Made by a program: the position numbers and the translations under genes. From positions 640,001-704,000 of the forward strand of contig OY969807.1 in NCBI GenBank assembly GCA_963703285.1: 64,000 nucleotides of DNA. Direction: 5' to 3'. This document shows positions 1-10,148 of this stretch, piece after piece (position 1 is the first letter of the stretch; the number at the start of each line of letters is the position of its first letter). The notes under the pieces are model-generated. The model saw only the letters and a program-made list of their open reading frames with translations, was not told the DNA's origin and did not search any database. Source of the stretch: an uncultured Nitrososphaerota archaeon (lineage in GTDB: Archaea > Thermoproteota > Nitrososphaeria > Nitrososphaerales > Gagatemarchaeaceae).

Positions 1-148
1 TGCGGGCTGGCTGTGATAGCGGGCGGGTGGTGGGTGTCGCTGGCGGGGCCCGACAATCTTATGTTAAATATTTTACAGCTGTTGATGAAAGAAGTTGGAC
101 TCGTCACACTATTCATCCCCGTGCTGAGATTTACCTTCAACAAGAAGA

Positions 149-445
149 GTGGGTGGAATGGCCCAGTATAGAACCCAGACGAAGATAATAGCGGATATCT
201 TGGTCACGGCCCGTGACATGAACACGGCCGGGGACGGTGTGGGCATCACGACGCTGCTGCGGAAGGGCAACGTCTCCTACAACAGGATGACCAAGCTCAT
301 CGCCGACCTTGTGGGTGCGGGCCTCCTGGAGGAACTCACGATGGAGAAGATCTCGAAATACAAGATCAGCGAGAGGGGCATCAGCTTCCTCGTCGCCTAC
401 AACCAGTTCGAGGACTTCGCCCAGTCGTTCGGCCTGCGTCTCTGA
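149..445 (+). CDS. winged-helix transcriptional regulator (archaeal HTH_45-like)
   Basis: YRT..IIADIL...GITTLLRKGNVSY..L...GLL...YKISERG pattern of small archaeal wHTH proteins; ATG at 158 is an alternative start. Confidence 0.8.
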   Translation: MGGMAQYRTQTKIIADILVTARDMNTAGDGVGITTLLRKGNVSYNRMTKLIADLVGAGLLEELTMEKISKYKISERGISFLVAYNQFEDFAQSFGLRL

Positions 446-517
446 GCGGTCCTTCGTTCCGAGTCCAGCGCGGCTCGAGTCTGATTTTTATCCTCCGTGA
501 ACCGACCTAGGCCCGAT

Positions 518-1432
518 ATGTTAGCCTTCGTAGGAGCCGGGCGGGTCGGCGCCCAGGCCGCGCTCGAGGTCGCGTCGCTCGGGCTGGACGACCTCGCCCT
601 GGTCGACGTGATCCCGGGGCTGGCCGACGGAGAGGCGCTCGACATCAGCCAGAAGATCTCAGAGACGGGCGTCGACGTCTCCGTGACCGGGTCGGCCGAC
701 TTCTCGTCGATAAGGGGCGCTGATGTGGTGGTGATAACCGCGGGCCTGGCGCGGAAGCCGGGGATGACGAGGATGGACCTGTTGGGCAAGAACGCGGGGA
801 TCGTAGAATCGGTCTCAAAGGAGGTGGCGAAGTATTCGCCGACGGCCGTCACGATAACCGTCACCAACCCGATGGACGTGATGAACTACGTCGTCCGAAG
901 GGCGACCGGCTTCGCGAAGGAGCGCGTCGTCGGCATGGGCGGGGTGCTCGACCTCTCTAGGTTCAAGCACGTCCTCTCGCTCAAGCTCGGGGTCTCCCGT
1001 TCGTCCATCTCGGGCCTTGTGATAGGTGAGCACGGGGAGAACATGCTGCCTCTTCCGCGGTTCACCTCTGTGGGCGGCGTGCCCCTGACATCGATCCTGA
1101 GCGAGGAGGAGATCGAGGAGGCCATCCAGAACACCCGCCAGGTGGCGATCGACGTGATCTCCAAGAAGGGCGCGACGGTCGACGCGCCCGCCAACGCCGT
1201 CTCCAGGATGGTCCAGGCGGTCGTCCGGGACAGGAAGGACGTGCTGCCGGCGTCGACCTTCCTGGAGGGTCAGTACGGGGTCAGCGGCCTGGCTATCGGG
1301 GTCCCGATAGCGCTCGGGGCCGGTGGGGCCGAGAGGGTCTATGAGCTCGACCTAGACGAGGGAGAGAAGGCTCAGTTCATGAAGGGGGCCGACGCGATCA
1401 GGGAGGGGATAGCGGCCCTCCCGGCACTCTGA
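518..1432 (+). CDS. mdh: malate dehydrogenase (LDH-like)
   Basis: GAGRVG Rossmann motif, ITAGLARKPGMTRMDL, TNPMD, GEHG; TATA-like TTTTTATC at 485-492. Confidence 0.92.
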   Translation: MLAFVGAGRVGAQAALEVASLGLDDLALVDVIPGLADGEALDISQKISETGVDVSVTGSADFSSIRGADVVVITAGLARKPGMTRMDLLGKNAGIVESVSKEVAKYSPTAVTITVTNPMDVMNYVVRRATGFAKERVVGMGGVLDLSRFKHVLSLKLGVSRSSISGLVIGEHGENMLPLPRFTSVGGVPLTSILSEEEIEEAIQNTRQVAIDVISKKGATVDAPANAVSRMVQAVVRDRKDVLPASTFLEGQYGVSGLAIGVPIALGAGGAERVYELDLDEGEKAQFMKGADAIREGIAALPAL

Positions 1433-1546
1433 GGGCGGGGCGACTGGAGCCGGTGCCGCGGCCAGGCTCCGCCGAGGGACGGGCGTCTCCATAGGCGGGG
1501 GACGGTTCATAAACAGGCCTCTTCGGGAGGCGCCAGAGGGAAGATC

Positions 1547-2860
1547 CTGTCCAAGTTCGACGTCCTAGTAATCGGCGCGGGTATACTCGGAGTCTCCTCG
1601 GCATACCACATCAAGAGGAACAGTCCGGAGAAGCGGGTCCTGCTGATCGACCGCCTCGGGGACGCGGGGCAGGCGAACACGGGGAGGTCCAACGCCATGT
1701 ACAGGAACACGTTCACGTCGGCCGACAACCAGGCGCTCTCGAACGCGGCCATCGACTACTACCTCCACGTCCAGAAGGACCTCGGGGTAGACATCGGGGT
1801 GGACAGCGTCGGCTATCTCTGGCTGATGACCGAGAAGCAGCTCGCGCTCTCTCGCCCCCACCTGGAGAAGATGGCGGCCAACGGCGTGGACCTGCGGTCC
1901 TACGACCGACCCGAGCTCGGGAGGATGATGCCGGGCTTCGTGGCCGGACCGACCTCGGAGGAGGCGAACCTCATGAGCCTCGGAGAGGTCTCCAGCGGAG
2001 TCTTCGGGGTCAAGTGCGGCCGGCTGGCACCCGACAGGCTCGTCGGTTACTACAGGGACCAGTTCACGGCCCTCGGGGGGAGCGTGCTCTTCGGGGCTGA
2101 GGCGAAGAAGCTCACCCTAGGGGCGAAGGAGACCACGGGCATAGAGGGCGAGCCGTTCGTCTGGCAGGAATGGCGCGCTACCGGCGCGACGCTCGCAGAC
2201 GGGACCGAGGTCGAGGCGGAGACCGTCGTCGTGGCAGCGGGCGCCTGGACCAACGAGCTGCTCGACCCCACGGGCATCGACGGCCACACGAAGGCCAAGA
2301 AGCGCCAGCTCTTCACCATCCCGGCGGCCGGGAAGCCCAGCCTGGAGAGGCTGCTCCTCTCGGGCGGATTCAACTCTTCTGGGGTGCTCCCGTTCGTCAT
2401 CCTGCCCAAGGCGGGGATCTTCATCAAGGCGGTGAGGGAGAGCGGCGAGTTCTGGATAGGGTGCGAGGACGAGGTGAAGAGGCCGTTCATCTCCCTCCCG
2501 GACCACGACCTCGACAGCTACCCGGCCGAGCCCTCCTACTACGAGCAGGACATCTATCCCGTGCTCCGTGAGTACTTCCCGCAGTTCGACGGGGCGAGGC
2601 CGGCCAGGATGTGGGGAGGGCTCTACGGATACAACACCATCGACAACGTCCCCTTCGTCTTCGCGGAGAACGGGCTCGCGGTCGTGGGAGGGGACAGCGG
2701 AAGCGGCGTGATGAAGGGCGACTCGCTGGGAAGGATAGTCGATGCGGTGTACCGGGGTGGCGAGGGGGCCGAGGCGGTGCTCTTCGGCGGGGCTTCCTTC
2801 AAGGCGTCCAAGCTGGGGTTCAAACACAGGGACGTCCAGCAGGAGGAATGGGTCCTCTGA
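1547..2860 (+). CDS. FAD-dependent oxidoreductase (DAO/sarcosine oxidase beta-like)
   Basis: The FAD motif FDVLVIGAGILG lies in frame upstream of the ORF-track ATG (1697), so I infer a CTG start at 1547; AAGAW and C-terminal SGSGVMKG also present. Confidence 0.85.
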   Translation: MSKFDVLVIGAGILGVSSAYHIKRNSPEKRVLLIDRLGDAGQANTGRSNAMYRNTFTSADNQALSNAAIDYYLHVQKDLGVDIGVDSVGYLWLMTEKQLALSRPHLEKMAANGVDLRSYDRPELGRMMPGFVAGPTSEEANLMSLGEVSSGVFGVKCGRLAPDRLVGYYRDQFTALGGSVLFGAEAKKLTLGAKETTGIEGEPFVWQEWRATGATLADGTEVEAETVVVAAGAWTNELLDPTGIDGHTKAKKRQLFTIPAAGKPSLERLLLSGGFNSSGVLPFVILPKAGIFIKAVRESGEFWIGCEDEVKRPFISLPDHDLDSYPAEPSYYEQDIYPVLREYFPQFDGARPARMWGGLYGYNTIDNVPFVFAENGLAVVGGDSGSGVMKGDSLGRIVDAVYRGGEGAEAVLFGGASFKASKLGFKHRDVQQEEWVL

Positions 2861-2948
2861 CCGCGGGGACGGCCTCTCGGGAGTAGTCGAGGGGAGAGAT
2901 ACGCCAAAATGAACATAAACCGGCCGCGATGCGCGACCTTCGGTTTTT

Positions 2949-3860
2949 TTGGAGGACGGAGAGCTCGTGTGCAGGGACCTCACCAAGGTCTACGCCGGTT
3001 CGCAAGGGAAGAAGGCCCTTGACAACCTGAGCCTGACCGTCCAAGCCCGAGGAATCTTCTCACTGATAGGAATGAACGGGGCCGGGAAGACCACCCTCGT
3101 GAGGATTCTAGCGACCCAACTCGAGCCGACGTCCGGGGTTGCGCTGATTAGGGGCTTGGACGTGGTCAAGGACGCAAGGAAGCTGCGAGGGAGCATCGCC
3201 GCAATCCCGCAGGAGGCGAGGACGGTGCCCTGGATGACGCCGATGCAGACCATCTCGTCCTACCTGCTTTGGCGGGGAGTCCCCTATCCCGAGGCGAAGA
3301 GCCGGGCGGTCGAGGCACTTTCCAGATTGGGACTGGAAGAGCAGGGGAATATCCTGAACCGAAAGCTCTCCGGGGGGCAGCGCCGCAAGGTAATGGTAGC
3401 GACGGTGTTGGCGGCGGACGCCGAGATCACCTTCCTCGACGAGCCTACCACCGGGCTGGACCCAGTATCGAGGAAGAGCCTCTGGCAGTCGCTGCAGGAC
3501 CTGGCGAAGGACCATTTTCTGATTCTCACGACACACTATCTCGAGGAGGCGGAGAACCTTGCCGACAGCATCGGGATACTCGACAAGGGCCGTCTTCTCG
3601 GACTGGGTACTTTGGAGTACCTCAGAGGCCTCGTGAAGTATGAGTACAGCATAAGGATGCCCTCTGGTACCGCGGTCCCCGGCCTAGAGGATGGGAGTGT
3701 GACTACGGGCAGGGACGGTCAGGTCCAGATTCTGACCAGCAGGTCGGAGGCGTACCGGATTTCGGGGGAGCTTTTCAAGACCGGGGCCAGAATCTCGGTG
3801 AGCCGCATCTCGCTCGACGACGTCTTCTTCCATCTCGTCGGGGAGCAGGGGAGCTCTTGA
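2949..3860 (+). CDS. ABC transporter ATP-binding subunit (DrrA-like)
   Basis: GMNGAGKTT, LSGGQ, FLDEPTTGLD, TTHY. Confidence 0.95.
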   Translation: MEDGELVCRDLTKVYAGSQGKKALDNLSLTVQARGIFSLIGMNGAGKTTLVRILATQLEPTSGVALIRGLDVVKDARKLRGSIAAIPQEARTVPWMTPMQTISSYLLWRGVPYPEAKSRAVEALSRLGLEEQGNILNRKLSGGQRRKVMVATVLAADAEITFLDEPTTGLDPVSRKSLWQSLQDLAKDHFLILTTHYLEEAENLADSIGILDKGRLLGLGTLEYLRGLVKYEYSIRMPSGTAVPGLEDGSVTTGRDGQVQILTSRSEAYRISGELFKTGARISVSRISLDDVFFHLVGEQGSS

Positions 3861-4603
3861 CGGCGAGGCAGTGGCTCAGGCAGATAGCTGCGTCGGTGCT
3901 GGTCAACTCGATCTACGCGATGAAGAACTATCCGGTCGTACTCATCAATACGCTCCTCGCCCCACTCTCGTTCTTGGTCATTGTGAACTTCGTGAGCAAG
4001 GGAGGGCTTCTCACTCAGGCAATCGAGGGCGCGTTCATCATGAGCATGTTTTCCAGCGGGATGGGGCTTCAGAGCGATCTCTCCCACCTCAAGAACGATT
4101 TCAAGCTCCAGGACATGGTGGTCAGCTCCCCCGCTTCGCCCGCTGCTTACGTGTTCGGCATGGCAGTGTCGGAGATAGTATATTCGATCCCCGCGCTGAT
4201 AACGGTGACCATCCTGCTGGCGATCTTCGTCCATCCCGACGTCGCCCAGTCGCTGGACCTACTTGGTGTGATACTCATGATGTTCACCACCTCTGTCACC
4301 CTGGGCTTCACCCTCTCGACCCTCTCTAGCGACATAGTGCAGAGCTACGCCTTCTCGGGCCTCGTCTCCGCGGTGTTCACGACGCTGTCGCCCGTCTACT
4401 ATCCCATCACCTACATCCCCGAGCCTTACAGGTACCTCGCCTACCTGTCGCCGACCACCTATGCCGCCGAGATAGCCCAGTCGTCGATAGGGACCTTGAA
4501 ATTATCTTCGGATTCCATCGCGCTGGCGTGGGTGGTCCTGGCCATAGTGACCATAGTCTTTGCGGTCATCGCCGTCACCAAGGCCAGGTGGCGCGAAGTT
4601 TGA
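3857..4603 (+). CDS. ABC-2 type permease
   Basis: About 6 TM segments, SPVYYP...P.TYA motif; overlaps the ATPase stop codon. Confidence 0.9.
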   Translation: MTARQWLRQIAASVLVNSIYAMKNYPVVLINTLLAPLSFLVIVNFVSKGGLLTQAIEGAFIMSMFSSGMGLQSDLSHLKNDFKLQDMVVSSPASPAAYVFGMAVSEIVYSIPALITVTILLAIFVHPDVAQSLDLLGVILMMFTTSVTLGFTLSTLSSDIVQSYAFSGLVSAVFTTLSPVYYPITYIPEPYRYLAYLSPTTYAAEIAQSSIGTLKLSSDSIALAWVVLAIVTIVFAVIAVTKARWREV

Positions 4604-4634
4604 CACCGTTCCTCTTAGTGCTTCACACTCGCCG

Positions 4635-5099
4635 TTAGAGCGTCTTGTTCCTTCTTTCGCGCTCTCCCTCTCGCTTCGCAAGCTGCTCCCTGTAAGCTAC
4701 ACGCGACAGCTCATCCGCCTCGGAGTTCTTCTCCCTTGGTATCCACACGAACCTCAGCTTCTTGAACTTCCTCGCGAGCTCCACGGCCTCGAGGTACTTC
4801 TCGACGTACGACCCGGGCAACTTGTGCTTAAGCGCCGTCTTACTCACCTTCAATGCACCAGACATCTGCCCAATCAAGAGCTTCGAGTCGGAATAGACAG
4901 TAATCTCTTCATCCCTAAACTCGTCCAACTCGCGGAGTAATTCGACCAGAGCACTGTACTCTGCGAAATTGTTCGTAACTTGGTCGCCTGCAAACCCATG
5001 CCGGCCCAGAATGCTCTTTCCGTCTCTATAGACAGCATAGCCATATGTTCCGACACCAGGATTCGGTTCCGCGAGTCCGTCGGTGTAGGCCTGAATCAT
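4635..5099 (-). CDS. rnhA: ribonuclease HI (archaeal type)
   Basis: YTDG..EPNPG, TNNFAEYSAL, SDSKLLIGQM, WIPREKNSEADELS; start trimmed to ATG 5099. Confidence 0.92.
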   Translation of the reverse strand: MIQAYTDGLAEPNPGVGTYGYAVYRDGKSILGRHGFAGDQVTNNFAEYSALVELLRELDEFRDEEITVYSDSKLLIGQMSGALKVSKTALKHKLPGSYVEKYLEAVELARKFKKLRFVWIPREKNSEADELSRVAYREQLAKREGERERRNKTL

Positions 5100-5202
5100 C
5101 AATTTTGCTCCCCTCGGATAGGTAATTATGCGATACGGATGCCTAGCGCGAAATCGATTTCGGTTTAAGAGGCGTTGGTGAGTCGAGTGTTTTTTACTCT
5201 TC

Positions 5203-5718
5203 TCAAGTTCCGTTCTCATTCCGCTCACCGAGACTAACATGCCGCGCGTAGTATCCCTTGCTGTTCAGCGCTCTTATCTGCATCCTCAATCCTTCTCGGA
5301 ATTTGATTTCATCCTCGGAGAACCCGGCAGAACCAAATCTTCCGTATCTCTCCCTCCTGGCGAAAGTTCTCCTCTTGTCAAGGAATTGCAGAATGAGCTC
5401 AGCCTGCCCTCGCTTCAGTTTGAAGTAGTTCAAGGTGTCGAGCAACAATCTTTTCGTCGAAGAGATCGGGCAGTACCAGTTGTAGGCGTCCGACCATTTG
5501 AGTCCAGACTTGTCCTTTCGCTCCTCATGATGCACATAGATCGCCCCTCCATACTCGTCCTGAAAGAGGGTGGGTACTTCGCGACGAGTGTTTGAGACCT
5601 TGACGTACGGTCTGTAGGTCGGCGACGGCCGACGTTTTCTGACCTGCTTCAGGATAGCAAGATAGCCCTCTCCATCCATGAAGCCGGCCATCCATGCCTT
5701 GTCCGTCTCGCTGAGCAA
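5203..5718 (-). CDS. free-standing single-motif LAGLIDADG homing endonuclease
   Basis: N-terminal WMAGFMDGEGY motif, V.VSNT, YFKLKRGQAEL. Confidence 0.85.
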   Translation of the reverse strand: MLSETDKAWMAGFMDGEGYLAILKQVRKRRPSPTYRPYVKVSNTRREVPTLFQDEYGGAIYVHHEERKDKSGLKWSDAYNWYCPISSTKRLLLDTLNYFKLKRGQAELILQFLDKRRTFARRERYGRFGSAGFSEDEIKFREGLRMQIRALNSKGYYARHVSLGERNENGT

Positions 5719-5816
5719 GCGTAATCCGAGTTTGGGACACTAGATAAGCGCCCCTCCCCGTCTTTCAGACGGCTTGGTCGAAATCGCCACTACCTATGTC
5801 TCTCGAAATCTGTTTC

Positions 5817-5860
5817 AAAAGGGGGGGAGGTTGCCCTTTGGCGGGACAACCCATCTCTTG
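5817..5860 (-). terminator. putative hairpin + T-tract terminator of the TRAM gene
   Basis: Minus strand reads gagatgggttgtcccgccaaagggcaacctccccccctttt directly downstream of the TRAM stop. Confidence 0.45.
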
Positions 5861-5879
5861 TAGGACCGCAGACCTGCGT

Positions 5880-6221
5880 CTACTGCTCTGCTGACTCTTC
5901 CGTAGACTCTTCCGCCTCAGGGGCTACTTCCCCCGAAGCTGCGGTCGCCGTCGAGCCTTCCACGAGCTGTCCGCTCGCGTACCGGTTCGAGACTTGGGTG
6001 ACCTTGATCCTCACCTGCTGGCCCTGCTTCGCGCCAGCCACGAAGATGACGAAACCGTCGATCTTCGCGATCCCGTCGCCGCGCCTGCTTACGTCGGAAA
6101 TGGTCACGTCGTACTCCTTTCCAACTTCGACTGGCTTTGGCTTGAAGGATCTGAAACCTCCTGCTGAGGACCCACCGCCGAATCCACCGCGGTTATACCC
6201 GCCACGTTGTCCGAAACTCAT
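5880..6221 (-). CDS. single-TRAM-domain RNA chaperone (archaeal cold-shock-like)
   Basis: KPVEVGKEYDVTISDVSRRGDGIAKIDGFVIFVAGA; RGG-rich N-terminus. Confidence 0.92.
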   Translation of the reverse strand: MSFGQRGGYNRGGFGGGSSAGGFRSFKPKPVEVGKEYDVTISDVSRRGDGIAKIDGFVIFVAGAKQGQQVRIKVTQVSNRYASGQLVEGSTATAASGEVAPEAEESTEESAEQ

Positions 6222-6405
6222 CCGTTTTCACATCCTACCTAAGTTTCCGTCGGTGATTTTCCATGTCGCGGCGGCATAAATAAACGTAATGGTCGTTAAT
6301 TTCGTCCCGCGCTGATAGTCGGCGATTTAGCATGGCCGAGACTCGAAGTGGTGAATCACCGAGAGGCATGGTTTGGACACCGAGCCCACGACGGACGAGA
6401 TTAGA

Positions 6406-6460
6406 GCCGTGATGACCAAGAACGTTCCCCTGGTCGATATATGGCGAGCGCGCTGAGGGC
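6406..6460 (+). ncRNA. possible C/D box sRNA
   Basis: Box C GTGATGA (6409-6415) and box D CTGA (6453-6456), flanked by GCC/GGC, in a long intergenic gap; internal C'/D' boxes are degenerate. Confidence 0.25.
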
Positions 6461-6676
6461 ATACCCAGGGCGGCACCGAGGGCGAGCTGATCTTTCGCGC
6501 CTGCGTCTCCAGCGTTATGAAGACGGTCGCCGGTAGGGTGAACCACCCTGAAGTGGGAGCGCCCCAGCTGCATGCGCGTCGTATGACTAGCGATACTGCA
6601 ACCATATTTTCTATATGAGAAACGTTATCCTATCGGAGCCCCAGGTCCGGTCCGGCGCAGCCCGTGGAATGATTCG

Positions 6677-7174
6677 ATGGACATTATTATCCTGAGGCAC
6701 GGCGAGGCCGGCAACCGGATGACGCCCCAGTCCCGGGACTCCGAACGCGCTCTGACCGTCTCCGGGAGGGAGGAGGTTCAGGACGTCTCGAAGGGGCTCG
6801 CAGGGCTCAAGCTCGAGGTCACCAACGTCATCACGAGCCCGCTCTCCCGGTCGAAGGAGACGGCCGAGATCGCGGCCAAGGTCCTTCACCGTCAGGACCT
6901 CGTCGAAGTCTGGGACGAGCTCAAGCCGGAGGGGGAGACGTCCGCGCTCTTCCGGAGGCTCTCCAAGCTCAAGGAGGAATCGGTCGTCCTCCTCGTCGGG
7001 CACGAGCCGTACCTGAGCGGCATGATGGGCGAGCTGATCGCGGGTAGCGGGCAGACGAGGATCGTACTGAAGAAGGCAGGGGCGGCGAGGATCGAGGTCA
7101 CCTCCTTCACGCCAAAGCCGTCCGGGGAGCTGAGATGGCTGATGACCCCGCGGCAGCTGAAGAAGCTGGCGTGA
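6677..7174 (+). CDS. sixA: phosphohistidine phosphatase SixA
   Basis: LRHGEA, RALT..G, TSPLSRSKETA, LVGHEP. Confidence 0.92.
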   Translation: MDIIILRHGEAGNRMTPQSRDSERALTVSGREEVQDVSKGLAGLKLEVTNVITSPLSRSKETAEIAAKVLHRQDLVEVWDELKPEGETSALFRRLSKLKEESVVLLVGHEPYLSGMMGELIAGSGQTRIVLKKAGAARIEVTSFTPKPSGELRWLMTPRQLKKLA

Positions 7175-7212
7175 GAGAACGGATATAGTCACTAGAGAGT
7201 GAGACACCACCC

Positions 7213-8722
7213 GTGAGGGCCTCAGTAATCGACCTCGGGTACAACTCGCTGAAGATGGTGAGCTACGACATCAGGCCCGACGCGACCTTCAGGGCCTACG
7301 ACCAGAAAGGCAGCCTCACGCGTCTGGGCGAAGGACTGCACCAGACCGGCTTCCTCGGCCAGGACGCCATGGACCGGACGCTCCACCAGCTCGAGCTTCT
7401 GAGGGAGGTGAACCGCCTCACCGGGGTCGACCACGTCCTGGCCATAGCTACCTCGCCGGTCCGGGAGGCCGCGAACGGACCGTCCTTCCAGGCCGAGGCG
7501 GAATCGCTCCTCGGCCTCAGGTTCAAGGTGCTCTCGGGCAAGGAGGAGGCGCTCTACTCGTACATCGGGGCGGCGCGGGCGACGCGGCTCTCGGACGTTC
7601 TCTTCTTCGACCTGGGCGGCGGCTCCCTCGAGTTCACCTACGCCAGGGGCTTCAGGATCCGGAAGATACTCTCGCTCCCCATCGGCGCCCTCCGGATGAC
7701 AGAGCTCTTCGGCCGACCGGGGCAGCGGTTCTCTAAGAAGGAGTACGACAGGATGAGGAGGAGGATAGCCGAACTCCTGCCGACCAGGGAAGAGTTCGGG
7801 ATCAACGAGGGCACCGCGCTCATGGGCGTGGGCGGGACCATCCGCGCCTTGGCCAAGTACGACCAGTGGCTGAGGGACTATCCCCTGTACAAGCTCCACA
7901 ACTACCGCATCCGTCGCAAGTCGGTCGGGGCGATGAACAAGAGGCTCCGGAAGATGAACCCGCGGAAGATAGCCGGGGTGGATGCTCTGGGGCGCGACAG
8001 GGCGGAGAGCGTCACCGCCGGAGCCCTGGTGATCTCGACGATGATGAACAGGCTGAAGTTCGACGAGGTCGTGGTGAGCACCCACGGGCTCAGGGACGGG
8101 GTCCTCGTCGAGTACCTCCGAGACAAATCGAGGTACTTCGCCGAGGGGTTCGACGAGCACAAGGCGAACGCCTCCCTCGCGTCCTGGAGGGCCAGGGAGA
8201 AGAGGACCGAGGCGCTGAGCGACGCGCTCGGCGTCCAGGCGACTCCTGAGCCTTCGGGAGAAGCTCATCCTCGACGAGGCGGTGGGGTCGTTCCTCGACA
8301 TCTACCTCAAGACCCGAGCCGAGAGCCTCTTCTACACGATACTCAGCGAGGACAGCTACCTGGACCACAGGGATCAGGTCGCGCTCGCCCTCGCGCTCCT
8401 CCGTGCGAAGGCCCCGAAGACCGCCAACTGGTTCTATGCACGCTACGAGTCGGTCCTCAAGGACGTGGGGAGGGACACGGTGGAGAGGCTGGCGGCGTTC
8501 ATCGAGCTGGAGGGGGTCCTCGAGCTGACGGGTTCGTCCGCCCGCGTCAGGATGCGGGACGGCGTCCTGAGGTTCGAGATAGCGACCTCGAAGGCGGACT
8601 TCCCTGCTCTGCTCCTCGAGAAGGCGGCGAGGGAGCTCGAGGACGCCACCGGCAGGATCGTCAAGACGGCCGTGCGCCAGAGACTGGAGCGGGAACAGGT
8701 CGTCCCGGTTCCGGGGCGATAG
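7213..8722 (+). CDS. ppx: Ppx/GppA exopolyphosphatase with a single-base frameshift at ~8230
   Basis: IDLGYNS, ATSPVREAAN, DLGGGSLE, GVGGT, GLRDG. Removing one G at 8230/8231 joins it to the 8282..8722 frame (DALASRRLLSLREKLILDEAVGSF). Confidence 0.85.
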
Positions 8723-8724
8723 CG

Positions 8725-9429
8725 TTGGCCGAGAGGAGCAAGCCGAAGGAGGAGCCGCCCGGCCGGCTCATAGTCGTCGAGGGGATCGACGGCTCCGGCA
8801 AGTCTACGCAGCTGCACCTCCTGGACCAGTGGCTCCGCCACCTCGGGGTCCGCGTCTTCCAGACGGAGTGGAACTCCTCGGACGTCGTGAAGGAGATAAC
8901 ATCGAAGGGCAAGAAGAAGGCCCTCCTGACACCCACGACGTTCAGCCTCCTCCACGCCACCGACTTCGCCGACAGGTACGAGAGGAACATCGCCCCCCTC
9001 CTCCGTTCGGGTTACTTCGTCCTCGCAGACCGATACATCTACACCGCCTACGCGAGGGACGTGGTCCGCGGTTGCAACCCTCGATGGGTGCGAAGGGTCT
9101 ACAGCTTCGCGGCCAGGCCCGACCTGGCCTTCTACTACCACGTCCCTGTCGAGGTGGCCGTGAAGCGCATCCTGACGGGAAGGCCCAAGCTCAAGTACTA
9201 CGAGGCGGGGATGGACCTCAACCTGAGCAACGACGAGTACGAGTCCTACCGGATATTCCAGTCACGGATCATCGAGGAGTACAAGGCCATGGCGCCCACC
9301 GAGGGGTTCCGGGTGATGGACGGGTCCCTGGACATCGAGATGCAACAGGACCTCATGAGGAAGCAGGTCCTCGAGCTGCTCCCGCCAGGTCCCAGGGCCG
9401 CCGCGGTGAAGGAGCTCGCTGGGACATGA
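8725..9429 (+). CDS. thymidylate-kinase-like P-loop kinase, paralog 1
   Basis: TTG start 3 nt after the ppx stop; IVVEGIDGSGKST, LADRYIYT, RPDL. Confidence 0.88.
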   Translation: MAERSKPKEEPPGRLIVVEGIDGSGKSTQLHLLDQWLRHLGVRVFQTEWNSSDVVKEITSKGKKKALLTPTTFSLLHATDFADRYERNIAPLLRSGYFVLADRYIYTAYARDVVRGCNPRWVRRVYSFAARPDLAFYYHVPVEVAVKRILTGRPKLKYYEAGMDLNLSNDEYESYRIFQSRIIEEYKAMAPTEGFRVMDGSLDIEMQQDLMRKQVLELLPPGPRAAAVKELAGT

Positions 9430-10148
9430 GCGCCGTGAAGAGGCCGCTCGCTCCGAGGCCCCTGACCTTCTACGGAGACGGCATACCCTACCTTAGGGGC
9501 ACCGAGGTCAAGGGAAGGCTGATTGTGATAGAGGGCCCTGATGGCTCCGGCCGTTCGACGCAGGTGGACCTGATCACGGCGAAGCTCGAGGCGGACGGCC
9601 ACGCCGTCGCGACGACCGGACTCAAGAGGTCGGAGCTGATAGGCAAGGGGATCCTTATGGCGAAGCAGAAGCTCCCGCTGGGGAAGAAGACACTGACGCT
9701 ATTCTATGCGGCCGACTTTGCCGACCAGCTCGAGCACAAGATCATGCCTGCGCTCGAGGCGGGGTACATCGTCCTGGCGGACCGCTACATCTACACGCTG
9801 ATCGCGAGGAGCATCGTGAGGGGCACAAGCAGGAAGTGGTCGCACGACCTCTTCGGGTTCACGATCAAGCCCGACCTCGTATTCTACCTCGACGTCGACC
9901 CGAGGGAACTCTTCCATCGCGTCTTCCAGAAATACTCCGGGCTAGACTACTACGAGTCCGGCGCCGACCTGGGCCTCTCCGACGACCTCTACGACTCCTT
10001 CGTGATCTACCAGAGGATGATGGCGAAGGAGTTCATCCGGATGGAGAAGAGGTACGGTCTCGTCCCCATAGACGCGAACCGGACCATAGCCGAGGTCAAC
10101 TCAGACCTACAGGGCAGGATAGAAAGGTTCCTCCATGAAGGAAAGTAG
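9426..10148 (+). CDS. thymidylate-kinase-like P-loop kinase, paralog 2 (Walker A GRS variant)
   Basis: ATGA overlap with paralog 1; IVIEGPDGSGRST, LADRYIYT, KPDL. Confidence 0.88.
   Translation: MSAVKRPLAPRPLTFYGDGIPYLRGTEVKGRLIVIEGPDGSGRSTQVDLITAKLEADGHAVATTGLKRSELIGKGILMAKQKLPLGKKTLTLFYAADFADQLEHKIMPALEAGYIVLADRYIYTLIARSIVRGTSRKWSHDLFGFTIKPDLVFYLDVDPRELFHRVFQKYSGLDYYESGADLGLSDDLYDSFVIYQRMMAKEFIRMEKRYGLVPIDANRTIAEVNSDLQGRIERFLHEGK

Noticed and set aside
6235-6660. RNase P or SRP RNA, and the ORFs called in this gap
   Set aside because: Conserved RNase P and SRP motifs were not seen, and the ORFs have no recognisable features
8829-9425. Long N-terminal extension of TMPK paralog 2
   Set aside because: It is a shadow frame over paralog 1; ATG 9426 with an ATGA overlap is the plausible start
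7213-9429. 738-aa Ppx-thymidylate kinase fusion ORF
   Set aside because: The middle third is off-frame nonsense. The real Ppx C-terminus is in another frame and TMPK1 has its own TTG, so the fusion results from the single-base insertion at ~8230
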